A DNA stretch of 64,000 nt from Octopus bimaculoides. Its lineage: Eukaryota. Under the pieces are notes generated by a model. The model searched no databases. It was given only the letters and a program-made list of their open reading frames with translations, and was not told where the DNA came from. The DNA is taken from the NCBI RefSeq assembly GCF_001194135.2, contig NC_068983.1, positions 62,160,152 through 62,224,151 on the forward strand. Reading direction: 5' to 3'. Both the position numbers and the translations under genes were made by a program. Below are positions 41,450-52,309 of this stretch, piece by piece (position 1 is the first letter of the stretch; each line of letters opens with the position of its first letter).

Positions 41450-42780
41450 AATTTATCTCTGGGCAGCTTTACTCTTACAAATCCCTTTCACTTGAATATT
41501 CTCGTAGTAGACTAAGAATGTCTTATGTTTAAATTCTTTCGCTCTTGGTTCTGTCTCCACTGTATGTGTATGCTCGAGTTTAGGCGGTTCCCTACATTTT
41601 GGGGGCATCCTCTCAGTTTCTGCTGCTGGTCCTTGTGAGTGCTCTCTTGATTTCGCCTTCTTTTTTTTGAGACTGACAAACCCATCACTCCACTTTGCCG
41701 CTTTCGTTCTGTCTTCCTTCCTCTTTCCTTCTTCTGTGTCTCTGACACACTTTGCATCGCTTTTGCCATCTCCGTCTTTCTTTCCTTCGATTTGTAATCC
41801 AATCTCCACTTCTTGGTCCCTTTCCACAGCCTTCCCACTCCGAGGATGCTCATGCCCGGGTCACCACGTCCCCACACGGCCTCCTACCCCACACTCGCAA
41901 CAATCGGGCCGATGACCCTCAACAACCGCCTCGAGGGAATCCCCTCCAGCAATCTCCACCTGCCAGGGGATCCATTCCACGTCCTCGAAAGTGACAAAAA
42001 GCCACATCCGGATGCTTGGTCCACACCACGGTCCTAACTCGGGACTACCCCGGTGACAGCCTGAACATCTGCCACCAACCACCCCGTCTCCACCTCTGGC
42101 AGCACCCCTCCCACTCGAAACCGAACACCGCGCCCGTCCTCACACGTGAGCAGCAGCGCCACCCCGTCGGAGCGCAGAACAGTGGCGTAACACGAGGTAA
42201 CCCCCTCCCCGGCGGCAAATCCCACCTCTACAGCNNNNNNNNNNNNNNNNNNNNNNNNNNNNNNNNNNNNNNNNNNNNNNNNNNNNNNNNNNNNNNNNNN
42301 NNNNNNNNNNNNNNNNNNNNNNNNNNNNNNNNNNNNNNNNNNNNNNNNNNNNNNNNNNNNNNNNNNNNNNNNNNNNNNNNNNNNNNNNNNNNNGCCCGTG
42401 TGCGGCACACCACTGCCCCACCGCTCCCGCCGCCGGCAGTCTCCTCCGGAGGGTCCAGCCCCACTGCGTCTCCCTCTCCTTTCACCAACTGCCCACTTCT
42501 CATGACATCGTCCACATAAACTCCCATCCGCCGCGCCCCCACCGTAGCAGCTCCCCACAACGAAAAGTCAACCCTTCACCCCCACAACGGGGAGAAAAAC
42601 AGCAAAAAATTCGCAATAGCCAAAAAGAAAAACCACGCACGAGTCGCCCCAACAACATCCAACAGAAACAAAAATAACTTCAACAACGGATAGTCCCAGA
42701 GAGACAACTCTCAACAACCAAACCGCGGTCAAAAATGACGAACTCAGACAAACAAGTTGTTACTCTGAGACACTAACGTC
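41450..42780 (-). mobile_element. L1/Tx1-like LINE 5'UTR plus ORF1 remnant (GC-rich)
   Basis: Minus strand LLLTCEDGRGVRFRVGGVLPEVETGWLVA and VVEGHRPDCCECGVGGRV (decayed CCHC knuckle), then a basic low-complexity tail. No ORF2. Confidence 0.6.
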
Positions 42781-43114
42781 CTATTTTCTGTATTATGAGT
42801 ATATTGACTCTACGAAGAAGGGACAATGCAAGGACAGACAATACAACACAGTGGGGTACATAAAACATATAACGAATGAAATTATGAATGTATCACATAT
42901 TAACATTACAGTTCATTATTCTTTATTTGCATCGTTTTTTTTTATTTTTGTTTTGTTTTAAAAGTCATTATTTTGAAATTTTAAATATTTCACTAACTTT
43001 CCTGCTACATATTGTATTATATCCTCAAATGCCACCACTGGCGGCATATCGTCGTATCGAACTTATATCGACGATATTTCAATTTTTTCACCAAATAGTT
43101 CCTTTAACCTTTCA

Positions 43115-43164
<50 letters not shown>

Positions 43165-43174
43165 NNNNNNNNNN

Positions 43175-43225
<51 letters not shown>

Positions 43226-43329
43226 AGCAAGACCACTCTGTCGTCCTCGGTACACTTTCTCCCTGCTAACTTGACTCTAATTACATTTTTCATTTTTGTA
43301 ATCTTTCTCTAGATCTCTAGACTCTTTTT

Positions 43330-43990
43330 CTAGTTTATCATCGTTCGAATGTGTTTTCCTTTTGGCACCAACTCTCGTTTTCCGTCGTTATTCTTTCCTG
43401 ATGTTCCTGGTATTAGTGTCTCATCCTCTTCTGTATCTCTCTTACTCTTTGTTGTTGCTATCTCTTTTCTCTCTTCCTTTATTTTCTGCACACTTCTTTC
43501 CTCCTCCGTAATTCGCCCCTTTGGTATCTCTGGTCGTTCGCATTGATTCTCCTCTATATTTTCTTTTCTCTTTTTCTGTGGAATTCTGGGTGGTGAATTA
43601 ACGTTTTCTCCTCTTTTCTTCTTTCTTTTTTCCAACAGTATATTTTTCTCCTACATTTTCTATCATTTCCCTTACTTGCATTTGTACCTCCGCTCTTTGT
43701 TCCGCTTCCTCTTCTTGCTTCTCTTGTTCTACTTCCTTTTCTTGTTTCTGGGGACACCTTGCTTTCATGTGTCCCCTTACTCCACAAAGAAAATATACCG
43801 TCGGTCTTCCTTCCACCACTATCCTCAGCCTTGATTCGTCCGGCAGTTCCTCCGCAATCTTGCGGAGGTCTAGCAAGCATATATGGACCAGCAACTCCAG
43901 TCCATACCCCCAGCAGTTCACCTCCGTAGTTCTTGATATTTTCATTATCTTCGTGTCTTCCCTTTATACTTCCTATATCTCTCCCTTTCC
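43330..43990 (-). mobile_element. L1/Tx1-like LINE ORF1 remnant (second subfamily)
   Basis: LPDESRLRIVVEGRPTVYFLCGVRGHMKARCP (CX2CX4HX4C with the first C changed to Y), then an E/K-rich tail. No ORF2. Confidence 0.65.
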
Positions 43991-44042
43991 AAAATAACTT
44001 CTTATATTAAACACTACTATTTCCTTCTAACTCTCTCATATC

Positions 44043-44090
44043 GTCTCTGATGATGGGATATCCCTTATATCCCTGAAACAGCTGTAAGAC
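44043..44090 (+). ncRNA. Minimal type-I hammerhead ribozyme motif, intact
   Basis: Reads GTCT-CTGATGA-T-GGGATAT-CCCTT-ATATCCC-T-GAAAC-AGCT-GTA^AGAC. Both catalytic boxes are intact. Helix I is GTCT/AGAC, helix II is a perfect 7-bp stem, and helix III is the palindrome ACAGCTGT. Predicted cleavage 44086^44087. Confidence 0.85.
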
Positions 44091-44182
44091 TACCTTTGTC
44101 TTTATAAATATCCTAGAAATTTCATATTGCCTTGGCTTTGTTGTCTCATTTTATTTAACATATATTCTTTTATTCGTTTATT

Positions 44183-44380
44183 TGTTTCAGTCATTTGACT
44201 GCAGCCGTGCTGGAACACCACCTTTAGTCGAACAAATTGACCCCAGGACTTATTCTTTGTAAGCCTAAAACTTATTCTATTGGTTCCTTCTGCCGAACTG
44301 CTAGGTTACGGGGACGTAAACCCACCAACATTGGTTGTCAAGCGATGGCAGGGGGACACACAGACAGAGACACAAACATA

Positions 44381-44417
<37 letters not shown>

Positions 44418-44594
44418 NNNNNNNNNNNNNNNNNNNNNNNNNNNNNNNNNNNNNNNNNNNNNNNNNNNNNNNNNNCAGCTTCCATCTACCAAATCCACTG
44501 ACAAGGGTTTGGTCGGCCCGAGGCTACAGTAGAAGACTGAACCCGGAACCTTGTGTTTAAGAAGCAACCTACTTACCGCACAGCCACTCTTACG

Positions 44595-44596
<2 letters not shown>
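44183..44596 (-). mobile_element. SINE family A (internal microsatellite with assembly gap)
   Basis: TGTTTCAGTCATTTGACTGCAGCC...GAACCCGGAACC...CAGCCACTCTTACGCC; matches the other copies. Confidence 0.85.
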
Positions 44597-44687
<91 letters not shown>

Positions 44688-46693
44688 ATATGTCTGTGCA
44701 TATATGTGTATCTCTATATCAGTATCTTTATCAATATATCTTTCTATCTATCCATCTATCTTTCTATGTGCGTGTTTTTTGTGTGTGCGTGTGTATATAT
44801 GTGCGCACGCGCACGTGTGTGTATATATATGTGTTTGTGTGCGCGCGTGTGTGTGTGTATGTGTGTGTGTGTTGCGCGTAGCACATTCCTAGCGATCTAA
44901 TCTGAAGCACAGACAGCTCAATAAATATTTAACAACTTCAGGATATTCAGAACTGCGATATTAGTTTACATACTTAATCTGTTTACATTTCGAAATGAAA
45001 TATTTTCATAATAAATATTGAAGAACGTTAAACACTCGGAAGTATCATAACAAACAATCATAAAGGAAAATACCTATATAGAAATAGGACAAGAGCTCTT
45101 TCTGCAAACAGCTTGCAACTTTTAGTATAAATTCAATATATTAACATAAATTAAAAGTTTATTACAAATAACAAGATACCTGACCAAAGGGAGTGACTGA
45201 GTTTATAAGTACAGGACGCACCTAGTTTGTTTCCTCTTTTGCTACGAGCAAAGCCAAACCTTCTACATTGTAAGTTTTTTTCGATTTTTAGTGAACCACA
45301 ATGTCTCTCAAATGTTGTTAGCTGAATTTGGATTTATGTTTGGGAGTTTGTAAAAGTTAGTATCTTTTGTGTACAATTACGTGTCATCTTCTCCTCAATA
45401 CGCAAAGTATTTCTCTTGTTCTTTAAATCATTCAGGCATTCCATTACGCTCCTCTTACTAAGCCCTGTTCTGATTCTCCCAGGAGATGGTGGTCTTTTCA
45501 CATGAAAAACTTTTAGACTCTTATGTTTCTTCAGTCAGTTTTCATTCTATTTTACCTATTTTTACTTTTCCTTTCTGTGTTAGTTTCCCACCATTTCCCA
45601 GCGTACTTTTTCTCCCAATCGCCGCAAGATGACGAGGTGTAACTGCTTCTCGGACAGGGGCTTATAATGAAAGAGAAGATACCCTTGCAATTTTCACAGA
45701 TTAATCAAACTTTCATAGCCATACAAACCCCATCGGACATGTTATGGGTAACATCCGCATGCTCCATTAGCCTGCACTGTGCCGTGATACCAAAGATCAG
45801 TGTCACTAGCTCTATCTCTGATGATGACTTTTGCGTTTCTTTTTGTCATACACATTGGGACATGTAACCCATGAAATGCACTTTCTTTTCACCTCATCTT
45901 CAATCAGTTTTAAGCAAATAGCACACGCTTCCACATGTCATTCTTCAATGAAAAGAGCACTTTTCGTTTCACACATTGGCCAGGTTTATCTCTCACTTTG
46001 TTTTCGGAGGTTTACAGGAAAGCAACGCACCGCTTTTAAAACAAATGTAAGACATCTCCCTATTCGTCCTTTCCTGGATAAATTCTCTACGGAAAGTAAC
46101 ATATTTTCGATACACTTCATCTGTATCTGACTTTTCGTCTTGTGCTTACCGTATCAAGGAGTTCTTTGTGGCATCGTAGCAAAAACATAGAATGTTGTTG
46201 AGGTGGTGGCAGCAGTAGAGATGTTGTTGATGTTATTTATGCTCGTTATAGTTATTTCGACGATATTATTCTTGTCTGTGTTCTATTTTGCAATTGAAAG
46301 CTCTATCTGTTCAAATGTTTACATGCTCTGTTTTTTTATCTATTTTCCAGTTTGAATATAATTTGGAGGCGTGTTTGTTTACATTATTGAATGCAACTCC
46401 TACTACCATTGTATCGAGCATCTCTTTCTTTCTGTTATTTTTGAAGCTGTTTTGAACAGCAAACAACAACAGTACAAATGACAATTAATTTGTGAAAAAA
46501 ATATATACGTAGGTTAAAATGTCAATAGGCAGACCTTTCTATTACGGCAGGTTATATAAAATATATAAAACGATCCAATTATTAAAATGGGAAAGAAAAA
46601 CAAAATTTTCTCCAATAAGATAGCACATTTAAAACATTACTTTTCCCAGCAGTTGTGCTATAGACGACAGTTGGTTTGAAGTTACAATAATAC

Positions 46694-46751
<58 letters not shown>

Positions 46752-46915
46752 CCCTTCTACAATTGGAACATGGCCCGAAATTTCGGGGAGCGGGATAGTC
46801 TAATTACATCGACCCCAGTACTTGACTGCTTCTTATTTTATCGACTCTGAAAGGATAGCAGGCAAAGTCGATCTCAGCGGAATTTGAACTCAGAACTTAA
46901 AGACGGATGAACTGC
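46752..46915 (-). mobile_element. SINE family B, 5'-truncated, with (ATT)n tail at 46685-46750
   Basis: ATTACATCGACCCCAGTAC...GGCAAAGTCGATCTCAGCGGAATTTGAACTCAGAAC. Confidence 0.8.
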
Positions 46916-47268
46916 TGTTATTACCTTCACACAACTTCAAACTACAGACAGAATTCAGTAATCTGGCCTTGCAGTATTGTTTCTTCCGAAGTCTGACATG
47001 AGCATCTTCAGTGTTGGCAAATTAAAATTCCATTCGTATATCATTTGAGAAATTCTTCATTAGCCTTTGATATTCTGTTTGTGTAGATATGATCATTTGT
47101 TTATCGTTCTGGCCTGTCTGAAGCGCGCCCTTCATCGCTTCCACAATCTGTACAATATATTCTTTGACACTTCTTTGATCTAAAGGCAGAATGTCATGGA
47201 ATCTAGAAGTTTATAAGTCTACTAAATTTTCCTCTCACTTCTTCTTTTGTACAATATCAACTCCGTTT

Positions 47269-47470
47269 AAGGTGGCGAGCTGGAAGAATCTCTAGCACGC
47301 CGGTCAAAATGCTCAGATGAATTCCGTCCGACTTTACAGTCTGAGCTGAAATTCTGTCGAAGTCGACTTTGCCTTTCATCCTTTTGGGGTTGATAAAATA
47401 AGTACCAGTTGAGCATTAGGGTTAATATAACCCCTCCCAAGGTATTGCTGGCCTTGGATAGATTTTGAAG
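47269..47470 (+). mobile_element. SINE family B, full length
   Basis: AAGGTGGCGAGCTGGAAGAATC...GTCGACTTTGCCTTTCATCCTTTTGGGGTTGATAAAATAAGTACCAGTTGAGCA. Confidence 0.85.
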
Positions 47471-50400
47471 CCAATATTAAGTCAGATTCAGTGAGAATGT
47501 TTATTCTTCTCATTTAGCCGAAACTCAATCATGATCAAGTAGATCAACAATTACAGTTTTTCGTTCTTTAACTTTGATCATTCAGTTTTTCCAGACAGTT
47601 CATCTTATACAATATTATTAAATATACCTCATTCTTTTTTTCAGAATAATTTAGGTGCTACTTCTAACAGCACAGCTTACAACGTAAAGGTGTCTTCATT
47701 AGCTCTTCATATGAATGATTTTTTAGTATTTAGGAAAACGCTTGTTTTTATCCAGTTTTAATGAAATAAATGCAACAAACGTTTCCCCTTGTCTCTTATA
47801 TTTTACATATTAAAAAAAAGAAATTTTTCAGTATTTAATATACGTTTGTATAACATTCCTTTTCTTTATTATTTCAGGTGTGCCTCAATAAAAAGAATTT
47901 AACGGAATAATTTAAAACTTGCAAGAATATATTTCAGTAATTACACATCTGGGAACTTTAATTCAATTATATTATTTATGGAAAACTTGAACTGAAGGAA
48001 CTCTACAAATATCAAGAGTAAATTGATATTTGCCTCAAGAGGACACATCTCTACTATTGAACCAAATACTTAACACGTCAGCTTTTTCTGGAAATAGGTT
48101 TTTCCATATTACAACTCCCAAAATATTTACCATTTTCTGCCATCAAAAGAAAACAATATGCCAAATACACATAAAAACGTAAAACAAAATCATAAACAAA
48201 ATAAGTTTATAAGTCAATGAAATTGATTACATACTTAAGCCATAAAAAATATAACGGTATACATTTCTATTACTTCCTATTTTTCACACTTAATAAGAAG
48301 ACTCTTTCTTTTCTTCAATCGATTTTAATTAAAGCTTTAAAGTACACTTAGCCAAAGTTCCAAATTTTTTATATCCCTTATTTTCCGTTAGAAGTGAAAA
48401 GAGGAATAATAATTTAGGTTTCACAATTCTGGTTGAACTGATTTTAGAAAAATACAAATATATTTATACACGCGCACAATCAAGATCTATATAGAAAGAA
48501 AAGAAAGGAAAATTGCAGTAATTATATTCTTTAAATTAACCGTTATTGTCTGTGGAAGAATGCTCGGACACAACGTTACTATAGCCGATCAATAAAAGAG
48601 AACTATAAAGCAAACTATTTCATACAGAATCAATTTAAAAACAGTCACGCTTCTAAAAAAAAAAGAGAGACCACATAAAACAGGGTATGAGGAATACAAA
48701 AAAGAATATTTGCTTCTCTATACATCCATTTATATTTGTTATTTATGATTAAACGAAAAATATATAGGAGATTGTTCAGTTGATGTACAACTTAATATAT
48801 CAACAACAAACAGTTACTGTTCAGATATACCTTAATATTGACTAGCATTTTACGCACATCCATCAAATACACAAATCAGAAAAAATAGTCTATTAATTGA
48901 AATTTTTAAAACTTTATATTTGAAGTGGGCGGACACGGTAAAGTGATAAACTGGTAAATTACCTGAGAACCAAGTCCACCACATATTTGTTTCGATTCCC
49001 GGTTGTAATTATAACTTTTGAATACATTACGAACGTGAAGTGCATTTTTATCCCACATAATCTTACTTCTCTCTGCTATATGTCATAGACATTTGCGCCT
49101 GTGTAAAGAATGCATTGGTTAATATGACGGAGCTTCCATGAATGGTATTACAACTTATTCTTTCATCAATTTTTGTATCAAACTATTTAAACTATCCTAA
49201 TTTTTATAGCAATCAGCTGTGTTGACATTAAAAATCAATCGATTTAACATTCTGGCCAGTGAATATAACACGCAGCCATATTGCATTTAATTCTATCTAT
49301 TACTTAACTTTCAAATCGCGATATACTTCGTGATTTTTCATCTTAAATCCTTGAAGTAATTTAATTTTATCAAAATACCTTTGGAACCCATTGGATGTGA
49401 AATCATCCCATTTTTAAACTCTACAAATATAATTCTTCTTTTCTATGTGAGACCCCATTTTATTAATGATATGCTCTTTTATGCACTAGAACCCCAAAGC
49501 GACAGAATGTAGATATTTCATATTCTCGATGTTTTGAGACCTGAACTTATGGTTCCGAAAATTCGCCAAATGAAGTTCAATTACATGCATGTGACAATCT
49601 ATACAGCATCAGCAACAGAAAGAACAGCAGCAAAAACAACAAAACAACAATCCCTTATAATACCAAGTCGCTATATTGTCTCTGAAATTAAACCAAATAA
49701 AAGGACCGAAATCGTTATTTTGTTCTGAATCTAAACTATGTGTAAAAGAAATGAACAACAAACAAATAGTATCTCCCTTTGTGGGAGAAGCACAACTGTT
49801 TCATGTGTCTTAAATGAAGTTTACTGATAATGAATGTTCGAATTTACAGCAATTTCAATATTATTAAATCAATAAATACTTCCAATTTAATTAACGTATT
49901 GATATGGCATTATTATCAATGTTCCACGATGAATACAAGGACAGACAATCTTACTTAAATAACAGTTTATATTATTTATGCCATACTAAGCATTTGCTTT
50001 GCCACAATCAGGATGTAAAAAATAATAGTAAAACAACTTTGTGGAAGAAAGAATATTAAAACAAAATCTTCAGTTTTCAAAAGGTTAATTCATTTTTACA
50101 AACATCAAGTAACCATTCTATCTCAGACATTTCATTTTCAACAATTGATGTAGACTGGAATATTGAAACATCTTGATTCTCTGTTCTACTGCATGTTGGC
50201 TAATATTGGATTATCTAAGCTCTGAAGCTAAGATATATTTTAAACAGTAAATAACGTTGTCAGGGCTGACTGTTTATCTATCTCTTTTTTCTCTTTGTTT
50301 CTCTTCCTCCCTCTCCCTCTCTTCTCCTCCTCCGGATTCGATTTATATGCATGTATGTATAAGCATATAACGGGGAAAGAGGCTGAGATAATCATTCATT

Positions 50401-50720
50401 AATTAAGTGAGGAGTATTATTGCAGTGGATTCCAAGAACATGAACTGAGTTATTCAATACTATAATATGAAACGAAATCATTGAGAAGCTTAAATTAAAT
50501 AACATATTTGCTGAAAAATGGTATATATTACCGATCCTGTTTAAACATGAGAATAATTTATGTAAATATTAATTAGAACAAATAATAAAAAATAATAAGT
50601 TATCAATTGTTTTAATCCAATATATGTCGATTAAAGAATTGCTATCCCTTAATTGTTACTGGCATTTGCGAAATAACGTATTTGCCAGTAAATACTGCTT
50701 AGCTCCGATTTTATCGGGGA

Positions 50721-52151
50721 ATGAGCTCACTTATTGAAGACCCTGAGATACCTTTAGTCGGCATGAATAACCACAAGTGTCGTTCGTATTCAAGCACCAA
50801 CAATGAAGATATCAAGGCCAATTCTCACAGCATTACCAGCATCCGTCGATACGGAACGGTTGGTAAGCGCTTGGCTATTCGGCGCGAGCTTTATCAGAAG
50901 AGACGCCGTATGGGTGATATCTCCTTGTTGTTGGCTACCTTCGGAACCGTCCTCATGATGATTGAACTCGAGTTGTGCCTTTTTTCCGTCATTGATAAAG
51001 CTTCAGCAATGTCGTTCTTTGTCAAGGTCGGCATTTCAATCTCCACAGTTAGCCTTTTAGTGGTGCTGGCTCTTTACCATCGGGTTGACATTCAATTATT
51101 TACCATAGACAATTGTGTTGATGATTGGTGTCTCGCTATCGATAGGACTCGTGTGCTGAAAATTGGAATAGAAATGTTAATATGTAGTGTGCACCCGATT
51201 CCTGGCACTTATACGAGCAGCAACCGCCAAGGAAACGCTGCACCTCAATCTTCTTTAGCATCGTCCACAATATCCTCAGGGGCTCTAAACTCATCTGCTC
51301 TATCTTTCGAGATTCCTTCGTATGATGTATTCCTAGCTCTACCCATGTTCTTGAGGGTGTACCTTTTGTGTCGAAGTGTTATGCTGCATAGCAGACTTTA
51401 CGAAGATGCTTCTTCCCAGAGTCTTGGTGCACTTAATCGAATCCACTTCAATTTTGCCTTCATTTTTAAATCTTTTATGTCTCTACATGCTGAGCATGTA
51501 CTTATTATGATAACTATTATAGCATTCCTCATTAGCAGTTGGTGTTTGCGTCTTTGTGAAATCCAATTTCGTCCGACAGAAGCTACAATGTTGAATTCAA
51601 TGTGGCTTATTGCTGTCACATTTCTATCGGTCGGTTATGGAGATATAGTACCCGTATCATATTGCGGTCGGGGTATAGCTGTCATTACAGGAATCATAGG
51701 TGCTGGCTGCACCGCTTTAGTGGTAGCCGTCTTAGCGCGGAAACTAGAATTAACACGAGCCGAGAAATATGTGCATGATTTCGTCATAGATGCAGATCTG
51801 AACAAACGAATCAAACACGAAGCGGCTAATGTGCTAAGAGCTGGTTGGTTAATTTACAAGGCCAATAAAAACAACGCTTCAAAGCGTGCCATCAACGAAC
51901 ACCAACGTAAGATGTTACGCGCCATCTACCACATTCGTGAGCGGAAAGCACAACAACGAAGATTGCTGGATAGTACAGTAACGCTTGTTGAAGTAAACAA
52001 AGGCCAGTCAGATATGTCTCTTAATATAGACCAATTACGTAATAAACAACAAGCTATGGAAGAACAAATTCTGAACATTAAATGTGCCGTCGGAGGAATA
52101 CACGAGAAGTTAGATGGACTATATTATATCTTGAATAAACCAACATTATGA
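50721..52151 (+). CDS. KCNN: Small-conductance calcium-activated potassium channel (SK/KCa2, KCNN family), 476 aa, single coding exon
   Basis: Uninterrupted ATG-to-TGA ORF. Contains the pre-S1 RRELYQKRRRMGD motif, S1-S3 ending in EMLICSVHPIPG, S4 LPMFLRVYLLCR and S4-S5 linker HSRLYEDASSQSLGALN. Pore is WLIAVTFLSVGYGDIVP (GYG at 51633-51641), S6 is CGRGIAVITGIIGAGCTALVVAVLARKLEL, followed by a calmodulin-binding domain (KYVHDF...AANVLRAGWLIYK...HQRKMLRAI) and a C-terminal coiled coil. The symbol is family-level only; orthology is not resolved. Confidence 0.97.
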   Translation: MSSLIEDPEIPLVGMNNHKCRSYSSTNNEDIKANSHSITSIRRYGTVGKRLAIRRELYQKRRRMGDISLLLATFGTVLMMIELELCLFSVIDKASAMSFFVKVGISISTVSLLVVLALYHRVDIQLFTIDNCVDDWCLAIDRTRVLKIGIEMLICSVHPIPGTYTSSNRQGNAAPQSSLASSTISSGALNSSALSFEIPSYDVFLALPMFLRVYLLCRSVMLHSRLYEDASSQSLGALNRIHFNFAFIFKSFMSLHAEHVLIMITIIAFLISSWCLRLCEIQFRPTEATMLNSMWLIAVTFLSVGYGDIVPVSYCGRGIAVITGIIGAGCTALVVAVLARKLELTRAEKYVHDFVIDADLNKRIKHEAANVLRAGWLIYKANKNNASKRAINEHQRKMLRAIYHIRERKAQQRRLLDSTVTLVEVNKGQSDMSLNIDQLRNKQQAMEEQILNIKCAVGGIHEKLDGLYYILNKPTL

Positions 52152-52215
52152 GACCAAAAATGGAAGGGATGTGCGAAGAAAAAAGGAAAACAAAAACGAG
52201 GCTGTGTTAACTTTG

Positions 52216-52254
<39 letters not shown>

Positions 52255-52303
52255 ATATGGATCCTAAAAACAATATTCTATTTATATTCATAGTTTTTAT
52301 TAA

Positions 52304-52309
52304 AATAAA
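52304..52309 (+). promoter_or_regulatory. Candidate polyadenylation signal for the SK gene
   Basis: First AATAAA about 150 bp after the stop codon, overlapping ATTAAA. The background is AT-rich, so support is weak. Confidence 0.3.

Noticed and set aside
47020-47115. Minus strand KNFSNDIRMEF, possible Dong RT scrap
   Set aside because: Too short and degenerate to support as a feature.
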